Below, in pieces: positions 37,724 to 53,300 of a stretch of 64,000 nucleotides of DNA (positions are counted from its first letter, which is position 1; each line of letters begins with the position of its first letter). The notes beneath the pieces are model-generated. The model was not told the DNA's origin, searched no databases, and saw only the letters and a list, made by a program, of their open reading frames with translations. The stretch comes from the human T2T-CHM13v2.0 reference genome, Homo sapiens. Made by a program: the position numbers and the translations under genes. The stretch lies in assembly GCF_009914755.1 (NCBI RefSeq), contig NC_060935.1; one strand, 5' to 3'.

Positions 37724-39173
<1,450 letters not shown>

Positions 39174-39207
39174 TTATTGATAATCTCAGACGTTCCAGAA
39201 GCGAGTG

Positions 39208-39435
39208 TGTGGAACTGCTGAAGGGTGCTTCCTTTTATTCTTCATCCCTAGCCAGCCGCCGGCCCCTGGCCTCACTGGATACTCTAAGACTATTGGTCAA
39301 GTTTGCCTTGTCAAGGCTATTGGTCAAGGCAAGGCTGGCCAACCCATGGGTGGAGTTTAGCCAGGGACCGTTTCAGACAGATATTTGCATTGAGATAGTG
39401 TGGGGAAGGGGCCCCCAAGAGGATACTGCTGCTTA
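39208..39435 (-). promoter_or_regulatory. HBG1: HBG1 promoter
   Basis: TSS 39208; AATAAAA 39233-39239; duplicated CCAAT/TGACCA (39294-39299, 39321-39326, BCL11A motif); CACCC; octamer; -200 ZBTB7A G-tract; AGCA at -222/-225 not deleted. Confidence 0.95.
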
Positions 39436-40597
39436 ATTTTTTTTATAGCCTTTGCCTTGTTCCGATTCAGTCATTCCAGTTTTTCTCTAATTTATTCTTC
39501 CCTTTAGCTAGTTTCCTTCTCCCATCATAGAGGATACCAGGACTTCTTTTGTCAGCCGTTTTTTACCTTCTTGTCTCTAGCTCCAGTGAGGCCTGTAGTT
39601 TAAAGCTAAAGCATGTACCAATTTTTGAAAAGTTCAGGGATTGTGAAATGTGTTTTAGGCATAGGTCCAGGATTTTTGACGGGACAAATCTTAGTCTCTT
39701 TCAGTTAGCAGTGGTTTCTAAGGAAAAAGTGCTATACTTCTTTTTGAATATACTCTTTGTGACTTTTGCCATTATCTCTTAATTTCTCAATAGTGTAGTG
39801 AAAACAATTTCTATAAAGCCACAGTTTCAGCGCAGTAATAGATTAGTGTTACATAATATAAGACCTAATGCTTACCTCAATATCTACTTATCCGTACCTA
39901 TTTGAAATAAATCATGACTGTTTCATCTTAGAAAAATATTTGATTCCATATTCAGGTATGTATGTATACACCAGATGATGTGTATTTACCACTGGATAAG
40001 TGTGTGTGCTGGCTGATGACCCAGGGTTTTGGCGTAGCTCTTCTATGCTCAGTAAAGATGATGGTAGAATGTTCTTTGGCAGGTACTGTGGATTAGAATT
40101 AATTATCTTGTATAAATGCTAGGTTCACTTCTCAGGGAATCTTACTCTAAGACATAAGATGTGCGTGTACATGGAAAACAACTCTAAAGAGGCAAGGGTT
40201 GTTTTTATTGACTAATAGTCCACACACTATTATAACTCGAATATTAGTGTACTTTAGACAGCTTTATTTCTAACACAGTGCTGTTTCTGACATATTGGAC
40301 CATTAACAGGGTAGGAAGTATTTATGGTGGTTTTTTGGTTCTGTTTTGCTTTTGGTTAGTTTGTTTTTGTTTTTCTCTGAAAGTGATCCATGATCTCTAA
40401 CCTTGCTAGATTATAATGCCAGAAGCTCTGGAATTCTGGCTTATCGGAGGCAAGCTGTATCTTCAAATTAGTTTATCCCCTAAGCTATCAGGTTGATTGA
40501 AATTATTATAATATTGGTGAAATTCTTTCATCCTTCATGATCCTGTGTAAAGCTTATATCTGCTCATTGATACAGATGGCTAAAAGGCCAGAAAGAC

Positions 40598-40872
40598 ACA
40601 CATTTACCCATGTAACAAGCCTGCACATCCTGCACATGTACCTTCGAAATTAAAATGAAATGAAATAAAATTAAAAGGAAAAAAAATGCCATGGCAACAT
40701 CAGGAAGTTATCTTTTATGGTCTAAAAATGGGCAGCATAAATAATCTACCCCTTGTTTAGCATACTATTGAAAAATAACAATAAAAATCGGCAACCAGTA
40801 GCCCTTGTGTCTACTCTGCCTATGAAGTAGCCATTCATTTATTCCTTCAATTTTTTATAAACTTGTTTTACT
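40598..40872 (+). mobile_element. Junction L1 3' stub plus second copy of the MER41-like fragment
   Basis: tttacccatgtaacaagcctgcacatcctgcacatgtacc followed by sequence paralogous to 35901-36093. Confidence 0.75.
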
Positions 40873-41301
40873 AAAAAAAAAAAGGACAAAGAAAGAAAGT
40901 GCGAATTGTGAAATGGTAGTGAGTGATGGCATTTGAAGTGGGTCCTTTATGATTTGATGGAGCCAGGCAGAAGACGTTTGGAGAAAGAAGTTCCTGAAAG
41001 TAGGAAGGGCATGTGGAAAACTCTGAGGCTGAGGAAAAAAAAGAAAGAAAGAAATATAAAGAAAGAACTTGACATTTCACTGTATATAAACACATTACAA
41101 GCCTAAAGTACGTTGAAGAAAAAATAGAATTCAAAGTTAGACAGAAGGGCTCAGGCTTACTATTTGCATCTTACAGATGAGAGTAGTAGAGTTGGTATTT
41201 TATTCTGAAACACAGAGGACAAGTGGAGATTTGTAAACCTGAGATAAACATGGTTTCTAATCCACTGAACACCGAAGCTTATTTTTTTCTCTTTCTTCAT
41301 C

Positions 41302-41633
41302 TGCCTTACTTAGTGCAAGGTGCTATAACAAAATAGCATAGACTGGGTGACTTCAACAACAGGATTTTTTCTCACTTTTCTGCTGGTTCCTGGTCAGGGC
41401 TCTCTTCCTGGGTTGCAGGTGGCTGACTTCCCACTGTGTCCTCACCAGAAGGAAGAGAAATGGCTAATCTCTCTGCTTCTGATGAGGAAAATAATTCTAT
41501 GATGGGGATCTGCTCTCATGAGCTCCTCTAAACCTGATTACTTTTCCAAAGCCTCCCCCACAAATGGAGCCAATTGGGAGTTGGGGATTCAGCATGTGAA
41601 TTTTCTGGAGACACAAGCGTTAAGTTCATAACA
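41302..41633. mobile_element. MLT1-type solo LTR, duplicated copy
   Basis: Paralogous to 36527-36863. Confidence 0.75.
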
Positions 41634-42633
41634 CCATCACATTAAACTAAACTCTTGCTTATTAACGTGCATTAACTTTCAATTATATAAGAACTCCAGT
41701 GAATCTGCCTTCTCAATTAATGTTATACAAATTCTTCACACTATATTTTCATCTGACCGTGCTGTTCTGCTGCTGAGACATGACACGCTGATGCTGACTT
41801 GTGAGCTTCTGCTGGCTCATTTCCTTCACCTAAGTCCCCACCTCCCTAGAAGCTTACAATGAGGTCTCCTCCTTGAAATGCTGTGACCAGTCTGTAGACT
41901 TAAGGGTATGGGATTAATTTCACCTCTTTAGGCATGCGTCAACACTTAAAATGAAAAGTTCCTTAGTAAAGTAAGGATCACTTCATTGTAGTTACCGTGG
42001 AAAGAAAAACCTGTTTCCTGCTCTGATCTCTAACACCTCAACCTCCCCGTAGAGCCTCACAAGGGCTGAGAAAAGCCAGATGCCGTTGGAAATAGTATTG
42101 CCCCTAATAAAATAGAATGGCTATCCCTGCCTAAACCTTGACTTCCTAAAGCTTGGAACACTTTTTCTTCGTTGAGCCCCTTCCTCGCTGCTGTGCTGCA
42201 ATCCAGGGAAGGGGGTTCAGCCCCCTTCACTGAACCTTTCCCCATCTCTTCCAAAACATCTGTTTCTGAGGAGTCCTGTCCTATAGAGGTCTTTCTTCCA
42301 ACCAGATTTCTCCTGCACCTTTTACTCCCACTTGCAGAACTCCCATGTACAAGTTTCTTTATTGCCTAGTTCTTTTATTTGCTCATCAAAACCCACATCT
42401 AACGTAAACAAAAAAGTGTGGAGTGTGCACATGACACAAACACACATAGCCATGTATAAATACACATAAACACATCCCTCAACATAAAACCCTTTGTGGC
42501 TCATATATTTAAAAAGACATAAAAAAAGAACTGAAGACAACCATGTGTGATCTCTTAGCAGAATAGATTTATTATTTGTATTGCTTGCAGAATAAAGCCT
42601 ATCCTTGAAAGCTCTGCATCATGGGCAGTGAGC

Positions 42634-44103
<1,470 letters not shown>

Positions 44104-44137
44104 TTATTGATAACCTCAGACGTTCCAGAAGCGAGTG

Positions 44138-44365
44138 TGTGGAACTGCTGAAGGGTGCTTCCTTTTATTCTTCATCCCTAGCCAGCCGCCGGCCCCTGGC
44201 CTCACTGGATACTCTAAGACTATTGGTCAAGTTTGCCTTGTCAAGGCTATTGGTCAAGGCAAGGCTGGCCAACCCATGGGTGGAGTTTAGCCAGGAACCG
44301 TTTCAGACAGATATTTGCATTGAGATAGTGTGGGGAAGGGGCCCCCAAGAGGATACTGCTGCTTA
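44138..44365 (-). promoter_or_regulatory. HBG2: HBG2 promoter, -158T (XmnI+) allele
   Basis: TSS 44138; TATA 44163-44169; TGACCA 44224-44229 and 44251-44256; octamer 44313-44320; XmnI site GAACCGTTTC 44295-44304. Confidence 0.95.
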
Positions 44366-45529
44366 ATTTTTTTTATAGCCTTTGCCTTGTTCCGATTCAG
44401 TCATTCCAATTTTTCTCTAATTTATTCTTCCCTTTAGCTAGTTTTCTTCTCCCACCATAGAAGATACCAGGACTTCTTTTGTCAGCCGTTTTTCACCTTC
44501 TTGTCTGTAGCTCCAGTGAGGCCTGTAGTTTAAAGTTAAAGCATGTACCAATTTTTGAAAAGTTCAGGGATTGTGAAATGTGTTTTAGGCATAGGTCCAG
44601 GATTTTTGATGGGACACGTCTTAGTCTCATTTAGTAAGCATTGGTTTCCAAATAAGAAGTGCTATACTTATCTTTGAATATACTCTCTGTGGTTTTAGGC
44701 CATTATCTCTTAAGTTCTCATTAGTGTAGTGAAAAATCCTATAAAGCAACAGTTTCAGTGCAGGAATAGATTAATGTTATGTAATATAATATAAGACTGA
44801 ATCCTTACTTCAATATCTACTTATCCGTACCTATTTGAAATAAATCACGCCTGTTTCATCTCAGCAAAAGTATTTTTTTTATATTCAGGTATGTATGTAG
44901 GCACCCGATGATGTGTATTTATCACTGGATAAGTGTATGTGCTGGCTGATGACCCAGGGTTTTGGTGTAGCTCTTCTATGCTCGGTAAAGATGATGGTAG
45001 AATGCTCTTTACCAGATACTATGGATTAGAATTAATTATCTTGTATAAATGCTAGGTTCACTTCTTAGGGAATCTTATTCTAAGACATAAGACATGTATT
45101 TGCATGGAAAACAACTCTTAAGAGGCAGGGACTGTTTTATTGACTAATAGTCCACACACTGTGACAGCTGGGATGTCACTGTAGTTTAGACATCTTTATC
45201 TGTAACTCAGTGCTGTTTCTGACATATTGGCCACTTAACATGGCAGGAAGTATTCATGCTGTTTTTTTCTTTATTTTTTCTTTGGGATTTTTATTTTTTG
45301 GTAGGTTTGGTTTTGCTTTTGTTTTTTCTCTGAACTCGATCCATGACCTTGGTAGATTATGACGTCAGAAACTCTGGAAATCTGGCTTATTGGAGGAGAG
45401 CTCTACCTTCCCCTAACTTATCAGGTTGATAGGAATTATAATAATATTGGTGGAATCCTTTCAGACTTCATAATCCTGTGTAAGGCTTATATCTGCTCAA
45501 AGTGTTAGGCGGCTAAAAGACCAGAAAGA

Positions 45530-45620
45530 TACATGTTGACCTGCGCAACAAAGCTGCACATATTGCACTTGTTCTTTGGAAGTTAAAATAAAAGTTGAAT
45601 AAGAAAGGAAAGAAAAAGAT
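45530..45620 (+). mobile_element. Very short L1 3' stub upstream of HBG2
   Basis: acatgttgacctgcgcaacaaagctgcacatattgcacttgttc...ttaaaataaaagttgaa, a degenerate L1 3' terminus. Confidence 0.65.
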
Positions 45621-45850
45621 TTGTCAACTTATCAGTATCTTCCAGTTACTCACATAATAATAAGTGACTTCTCTCAATCTAAGGATGGGTGAGAAAGATT
45701 TTTATTGGTATGCTGGTACAGATTATAGAGACTGAGGTGAACCCAAATTAGGGTCTCTTTAAGATAGGGGATCTGTGAGATGGGTGTGTATAGATCTTTG
45801 GCCATATCTGAGAGTCTGGTTGGGTTCCATTTGTAGAGCCTGACCTTTAA

Positions 45851-46218
<368 letters not shown>

Positions 46219-47375
46219 TGAATCTTAATTGCTCCTCCTCAGACTAAGGAATATCTAGGATCCCTCCTGTTTTCAAACAACTTCCCCATTTATCCAAAAA
46301 CCAAGGCAGTGTTCTAAAAGTCATGTATAAACCCTTATTTCCTCTTATGCTTTTGAGGCAATATCTTTTAAGAGTTTGTTGATTTCTCCTTATCCATAAC
46401 TGTCTTATTCCTCGATTTTTCCTATATCATTGCTTCTGACATTGATTAAATCCTAACTGATAAAACTGTTTCTTTACACAAGCAATTTCAAGTGTTTTCA
46501 AGCATTCTTTCCCATGTATTTTCAAACATTTGTTCAGCAAATATCTGTTAAATAAATGTCATAATTTTTAAAGTAGTGGGCATTTAAGTTAAATAAGTCA
46601 GAGAATAAAACTTTCCTCTGAAGATTATAATCTAGGTAGAACATACATAAAATTAATAATTAAGTTAAACAACAAAATAATTTCAGATATTATTAACTAA
46701 GAATGAAATTAAGGAGAAAGTATTCGAACAGAGGCAAAATGACAGAAGGAATCTGCCATGGGAAGGCATTGCCAAATAAAGTTTAGAAGCTGAAATAGTA
46801 AATTCAAAGCTCTGAAGCAGAAGAAAACAAACTCCTGCTGTGCCAGAGAGTTAGATAAAGAACCAGTGCCGTTGATATGTAAAGTGGAGAATAGCAGGTG
46901 GTATTGTTTCAGGGAAGCATAAACCTAAGGACATAAACTTGTCCTCAGTGGTAGGGAGTGAGAAGCCATTATAGAATTTTAACTCTGGTAATGACATAAT
47001 CTCTAAGCAACCTGTACTATTGGCTGGATTACTATTCTAAGAATGACCTGTTTATCACAACTGTTTTGCTTAAAAAGCCCTTATTGCCTGTGGACAATTA
47101 TTAGTTATTCTTTCAACTATTAAAAATCTTGTCATGCAGATGTGTGTGTGTGTGTGTGTATTCATTATGAATTTGCTTTCAATTAAGTTATCTTGAATTG
47201 GCAATATCTAAATCTAGATATAGCTCCCTAAGGGGTAAAGAGTGTATCCACTGCCCACCCCTCAACATCACGTCCTTGACTCCTTGATATCAAAGGGCAG
47301 TATAGTTTTGGGGGAGAAGAAAAAGAGAGAGAGAGAAAAAAAGATTGATTAAAAATGCATATTACCGACAAATTA

Positions 47376-50300
47376 GAGGGTGATGGCAGATGGGAGGCAG
47401 CAGAAGTACATTGCAGCTCCCACTCGGATGCACAGAGCAGCATGTGAAGTCTCGCATCAGGAATTTTTTTTGCAGAACCACATGCAGAAATAAATCAAGA
47501 AAGCTGAGAGAACGCACACACCCTCTGAAAGAAGCAGATTGCTCCTGCAGGACCCGGGAAACACCCCAAATATTGTGAGTGCCCAAACTGTGGAAGTGGA
47601 AAAGGGGGACCGTCCACCCCCAAACACACATCCTCACTGGGGAACCTGAAGATCTAGACCACAGGAGAAGATTCTGACCTTACCTGGAGCTGAGTCAATT
47701 TAGAGGGCCAAGCAAAATACAGGGGTAGAGGAAGCAGCGGGAAAAGCCCTGTGGGCTCTCTGGGTCCCCTAGGAAGCCATTTCTGCCTTGCCTCACAGGG
47801 GTCATTTGGGAGGGCTGCCAGAGGAACTGGGAAAAGATGACAGGAAAAAGAAAATCTCCACCTGGCCAGATCTAGGGGCTGGGCAGTGGGGGGGTTGGTG
47901 GGGGGACATGAATTTGGTGTGCAGACTCCACTGGCAGGGAAGTAGGACAGCCCTACTTGGTTTCGCAGCTGGTAGCCTGGGGCAAGTTCTCAGCCTTGCT
48001 CACTGACTGCATGGAAACAGATTCGGTGCTGTTGCGGGGGAGGGTGCACGCTGGAAGTGAGACCAACCTTTTGAGTTGCATGGGAGCTGGGCAAGTCACG
48101 TGACTGCTTGCTTTCCCCCACTTTCCTGATGACCTGCATGACACAGCAGAGGCAGCCATAATTGTCCTAGGAACATAAATCCATTGACCTGGAAACTACA
48201 CCCCCATCCTCCCACAGTAGCCACAGAAAGACCTGCCCAAGGAGACTCTGAGCTCAGACACGACTAGTCCTGCCCCCACCTGATGGTCCTTCCTTACTCA
48301 CCCTGGTAGCTGAAGACAAAGGGCATATATTCTTGGGAGTTCTAGGGTGCCCCAGCCCCCCCAGCCACCACCACCTGACTGCCTCTGCTGATGCTTTCTA
48401 GAAAGTGTCACCTCCTGGCAGGAGGCCAACCAGCACAAAAATAGTGCATTGAACAACCAAAAGTAAGGACCCTCACAGAGTCCATTTCATCCTCTGCCAC
48501 CTCCATTGGAGCAGGTGGTTGTATCTATGGCTGAGAGACCCACAGATGGTTCACGTCACAAGACTCTGTGCAGACAAACCCCAGTACCAGCCTGGAGTCT
48601 GGTAGACCTGATGGGTGGCTAGATCCAGAAGAGAGATAACAATCACTACAGTTCGGCTCTCAGGAAGCCCCACGCCTAGGAAAAGGGGGACTGTGCTACA
48701 TCAAGGGAACACCTCATGGGACAAAAGTCTCAGCCTTGAGGCCTAGACTTTCCCTCTGACAGAGCCTACCCAAGTGAGAAGGAACCAGAAAACTAACTCT
48801 GGTAATATGAAAAACAAGGTTCTTTAACACCCCCCAAAAAATCATACTAGCTCACCAGCAATGCATCCAAACCAAGAAGAAATCCCTGATTTACCTGAAA
48901 AATAATTCAGAAGGTCAGTTATTAAGCTAATCAAGGAGGCATCCGAGGAAGGTGAAGTCCAATTTTAAAAAACCAAAAATATGATACAAGAAATGAGGGG
49001 AGAAATCTTCAGTTAAAGAGATAGCATAAATAAAAAACATTCAAAACTTCAGGAAACAATGGATGAATGGATGCACTTATAGAAATGCAAAATGCTCTAG
49101 AAAGTCTCAGCAATAGAATCCAAGCAGAAGAAATTCAGAGCTTCAAGACAAAGTTTTTGAATTAACCCAATCCAACAAAGACAAAGAAAAAAGAATAAGA
49201 AAATATGAACAAAGCCTCCAAGAAATCTGGGATTATGTTAAACAATCAAACCTAAGAATAATCAGCATTCCTGAGAAAGAAGAGAAATCTAAAAGTTTGG
49301 AAAACTTATCCAGGGAAATAATCAAGGAAAACTTCCCCCACCTTGCTAGAGACCTAGATATCCAAATACAAGAAGCTCAATAAACACCTGGGAAATTCAT
49401 TGCAAAAATATCATTGCCTAGGTACATTGTCATCAGAGTATCCAAAGTTATCTAAAGACAAAGAGAATCTTAAGAGCTGTGAGGTGAAACTACCAGGTAA
49501 CCTATGAAAGAAAACCTATCAGATTAACAGCAGATTTCTCAGCAGAAACCGTAAAAGCTAGAAGTGAATATGGCCCTATCTTCAGCCTTCTTAAACAAAA
49601 CAATTATCAGCCAAGAATTTTATATCCAGTGAAACTAAGCTTCACAAATGAAGAAAATATACAGTGTTTTTCAGAAAAACAAATGCTGAGAGAATTCGGC
49701 ACTACCAAGCCAACACTACAAGAACTGATAAAAGGAGCTCTAAATCTTGAAATAAACCCTGGAAGCACATCAAAACAGAACCTCTTTAAAGCATAAATCC
49801 CATAGGACATATACAACAAAAATACAGATAAAAAGATACACAGGCAACAAATACCACGAAGAATGGAATAGTACCTCACACCTCAATACTGATGTTGAAT
49901 GTAAATGGACTAAATGCTCCACTTAAAAGATACAGAATTGCAGAATGAATAAGAATTCACCAACCAGTTATCTGCCGCCTTCAGGAGACTCACCTAACAC
50001 ATAAGGACTCACATAAACTTAAGGTAAAGGGGTGGAAAATGACATTCCACACAAATGGACACCAAAAGCGAGCCAAAGCAGCTATTCTTATGTCAGACAA
50101 AACAAACTTTAAAGAAACAGCAGTTAAAAAAGACAAAGAGGGACATCATATAATGATAAAAGCCCTTGTCCAATGGGAGAATATTACAATTCTTAATATA
50201 TATGCATCTAATACTGGAGATCCCAAATTTATAAAACAATTACTACTAGACTAGACAGCAACATAATAATAGTGGGGGACTTCAATACTCCACTGACTGC

Positions 50301-53300
50301 ACTAGGCAGGTCATCAAGACAGTCTACAAAGAAACAATGGATTTAAAGAACAAATGGACTTAACAGATATTTACAGGACATTCTACCCAACAACTGCAGA
50401 ATACACATTCTATTCATCAGCACATGGAACTTTCTCCAAGATAGGCCATATGATATGCCACAAAACAAGCCTCAATAAATTTTTAAAAATTGAAATTATA
50501 TCAAGCACTCTCTCAGACCACAGTAGAATAAAATTGGAAATCAACTACAAAAGGAACCTTCAAAACCATGCAAATACAGGGACATTAAATAACCTGCTCC
50601 TGAATGATCATTGGGTCAACAATGAAATCAAGATGGAAATTTAAAAATCATTTGCTTTGAAAACCGGCACAAGACAAGGATGCCCTCTCGCCACTCTTAC
50701 TCAACATAGTATTGGAAGTTCTCGCCAGGACAATCAGGCAAGAGAAAGAAATAAAGCATATTCAAATAGGAAGAGAGGAAGTCAAATTGTCTCTGTTTGC
50801 AGATGACATGATTGTATATTTAGAAGACCCTGTCATCTCAGCCCAAAATCTTAAGCTGATAAACAGCTTCAGCAAAGTCTCAAGATACAAAATCAGTGTG
50901 CAGAAATCACAAGCGTTCCTATACACCAATAATAGACAAGCAGAGAGCCAAATCATGGGTGAACTCCCATTCACAATTGCTGCAAAGAGAATAAAATAAA
51001 ATACCTAGAAATACAACTTATAAGGGATGTGAAGAACCTCTTCAAGGAGAGCTACAAACCACTCACTGCTCAAGGAAATAAGAGAGGACACAAACAAATG
51101 GAAAAACATTCCATGCTCATAGATAGAAAGAATCAATATCTTTAAAATGGCCATACTGCCCAAAGTAATTTATAGATTCAATGCTATCCCCATCAAGCTA
51201 CCACTGACTTTTTTCAAAGAATTAGAAAAAACTACTTTAAATGTCATATGGAATCAAAAAAGAGCCCATATAGCCAAGACAATCCTAAACAAAAAGAACA
51301 AAGCTGGAGGCATGATGCTACCTGACTTCAAACTATACTACAAGGCTACAGTAACAAAAACAGCATGGTACTGGTACCAAAACAGATATATAGACCAGTG
51401 GAACAGAACAGAAGCCTCAGAAATAATGCCACACATCTACGACCATCTGATCTTTGACAAACATCACAAAAGCAATGGAGAAAGAATTCCCTATTTAATA
51501 AATGGTGCTGGAAAAACTGGCTAGCAATATGCATAAAACTGAAACTGTACCCCTTCCTTACACCTTATACAAAAATTAACTCAAGGTGGATTAAAGACTT
51601 AAATGTGCAACCTAAAACCATAAAAATCCTAGAAGATAACCTAGGCAATACCATTCAGGACATAGGCATGGGCAAAAATTCACGACTAAAACATCAAAAG
51701 CAATGACAACAAAGGCCAAAATTGACATATGGGATCTAATTAAACTAAAGAGCTTCTGCACAGCAAAAGACTATCATCAGAGTGAACAGGCAACCTACAG
51801 AATGGGAGAAAATTTTTGCAATCTATCCATCTGACAAAGGGCTAACATCCAAAATCTACAAAGAACTTCAACAAATTTACAAGAAAAAACCTAACGACCC
51901 CATCAAAAAGTGGACAAAGGATATGAACAGATGCTTCTCTAAAGAAGTCATTTATGTGGCCAAGAAACACATGAAAAGAAGCTCATCATCACTGGTCATT
52001 AGAGAAATGCAAATCAAAACCACAATGAGATACCATCTCATGCCAGTTAGAATGGCAATTATTAAAAAGTCAGGAAACAAAAGGTGCTGGAGAGGATGTG
52101 GAAGAATAGGAAAAATTTTACACTGTTGATGGGTGCGTAAATTAGTTCAACCATTGTGGAAGACAGTGTGGCAATTCCTCAAGGATCTAGAACCAGAAAT
52201 ACTGTTTGACCCAGCAATCCCATTACTGGGTATATACCCAAAGAATTAGAAATCATTCTACTATAAAGACACGTGCACACGTATGTTCATTGCGGCACTA
52301 TTCATAATAGCAAAGACTTGGAACCAACCCAAATGGCCATCAGCGATATAATGGATAAAGAAAATGTGGCACATATACACCATGGAATACTATGCAGCCA
52401 TAAAAATGATGAGTTCATGTCTTTGCAGGGACATGGATGAAGGTGGAAACCATCATTCTGAGCAAACTAACACAGGAACAGAGAAACCAAACACCACACG
52501 TTCTCACTCATAAGTGGGAGTTGAACAATGAGAACACATGGACACAGGGAGGGGAACATCACACACCAGGGCCTGTCGGGGGGTGAGGGGGTTAGGAGAG
52601 GGATAACATTAAAAGAAATACCTAATGTAGATGACAGGTTGATGGGTGCAGCAAACCACCATGGCACATCTATACCTATGTAACAAACCTGCACATTCTG
52701 CACATGTATCCCAGAACTTAAAGTATAATAAGAACAACAAAATTACTTGAACTGACCGACAATAGTGACACAACCTATCAAAACCTCTAGGATACAGCAA
52801 AGATGGTGCTAAAAGGAAAGTTCACAGCCCTAAATGTCGATGTCAAAGAGTCTGAAAGAGGACAGACAGACAATATAAGGTCACACCACAAGAAACTAGA
52901 GAAACAAAAACAAACAGAACCAAAACCCAGCAAAAGAAAGGGAATAACTAAGATAAGAGGAGAACTAAATGAAATTAAAACAACTGCAAAAAAATACAAA
53001 AGCTAAATGAAATAAAAAGCTGGTTCTTTGAAAAGATAAATAAAACTGATAGACCATTAGCAAGATTAACCAAGAAAAGAGGAGAGAAGTGCAAATAAAC
53101 TCAATTAGAAACAAAACAGGAGATACTATTACTGATACCACAGAAATACAAAAGATTATTCAAGGCTACTATGAACACCTTTACATGCATAAACTAGAAA
53201 ACCTAAAGGAGACGTTCGAATTCCTGGAAAGATACAGGGCTCTAGCTTAAGTCAGGAAGAATTAGATACCCTGAACAGACCAGTAATAAGCAGCAAGACT

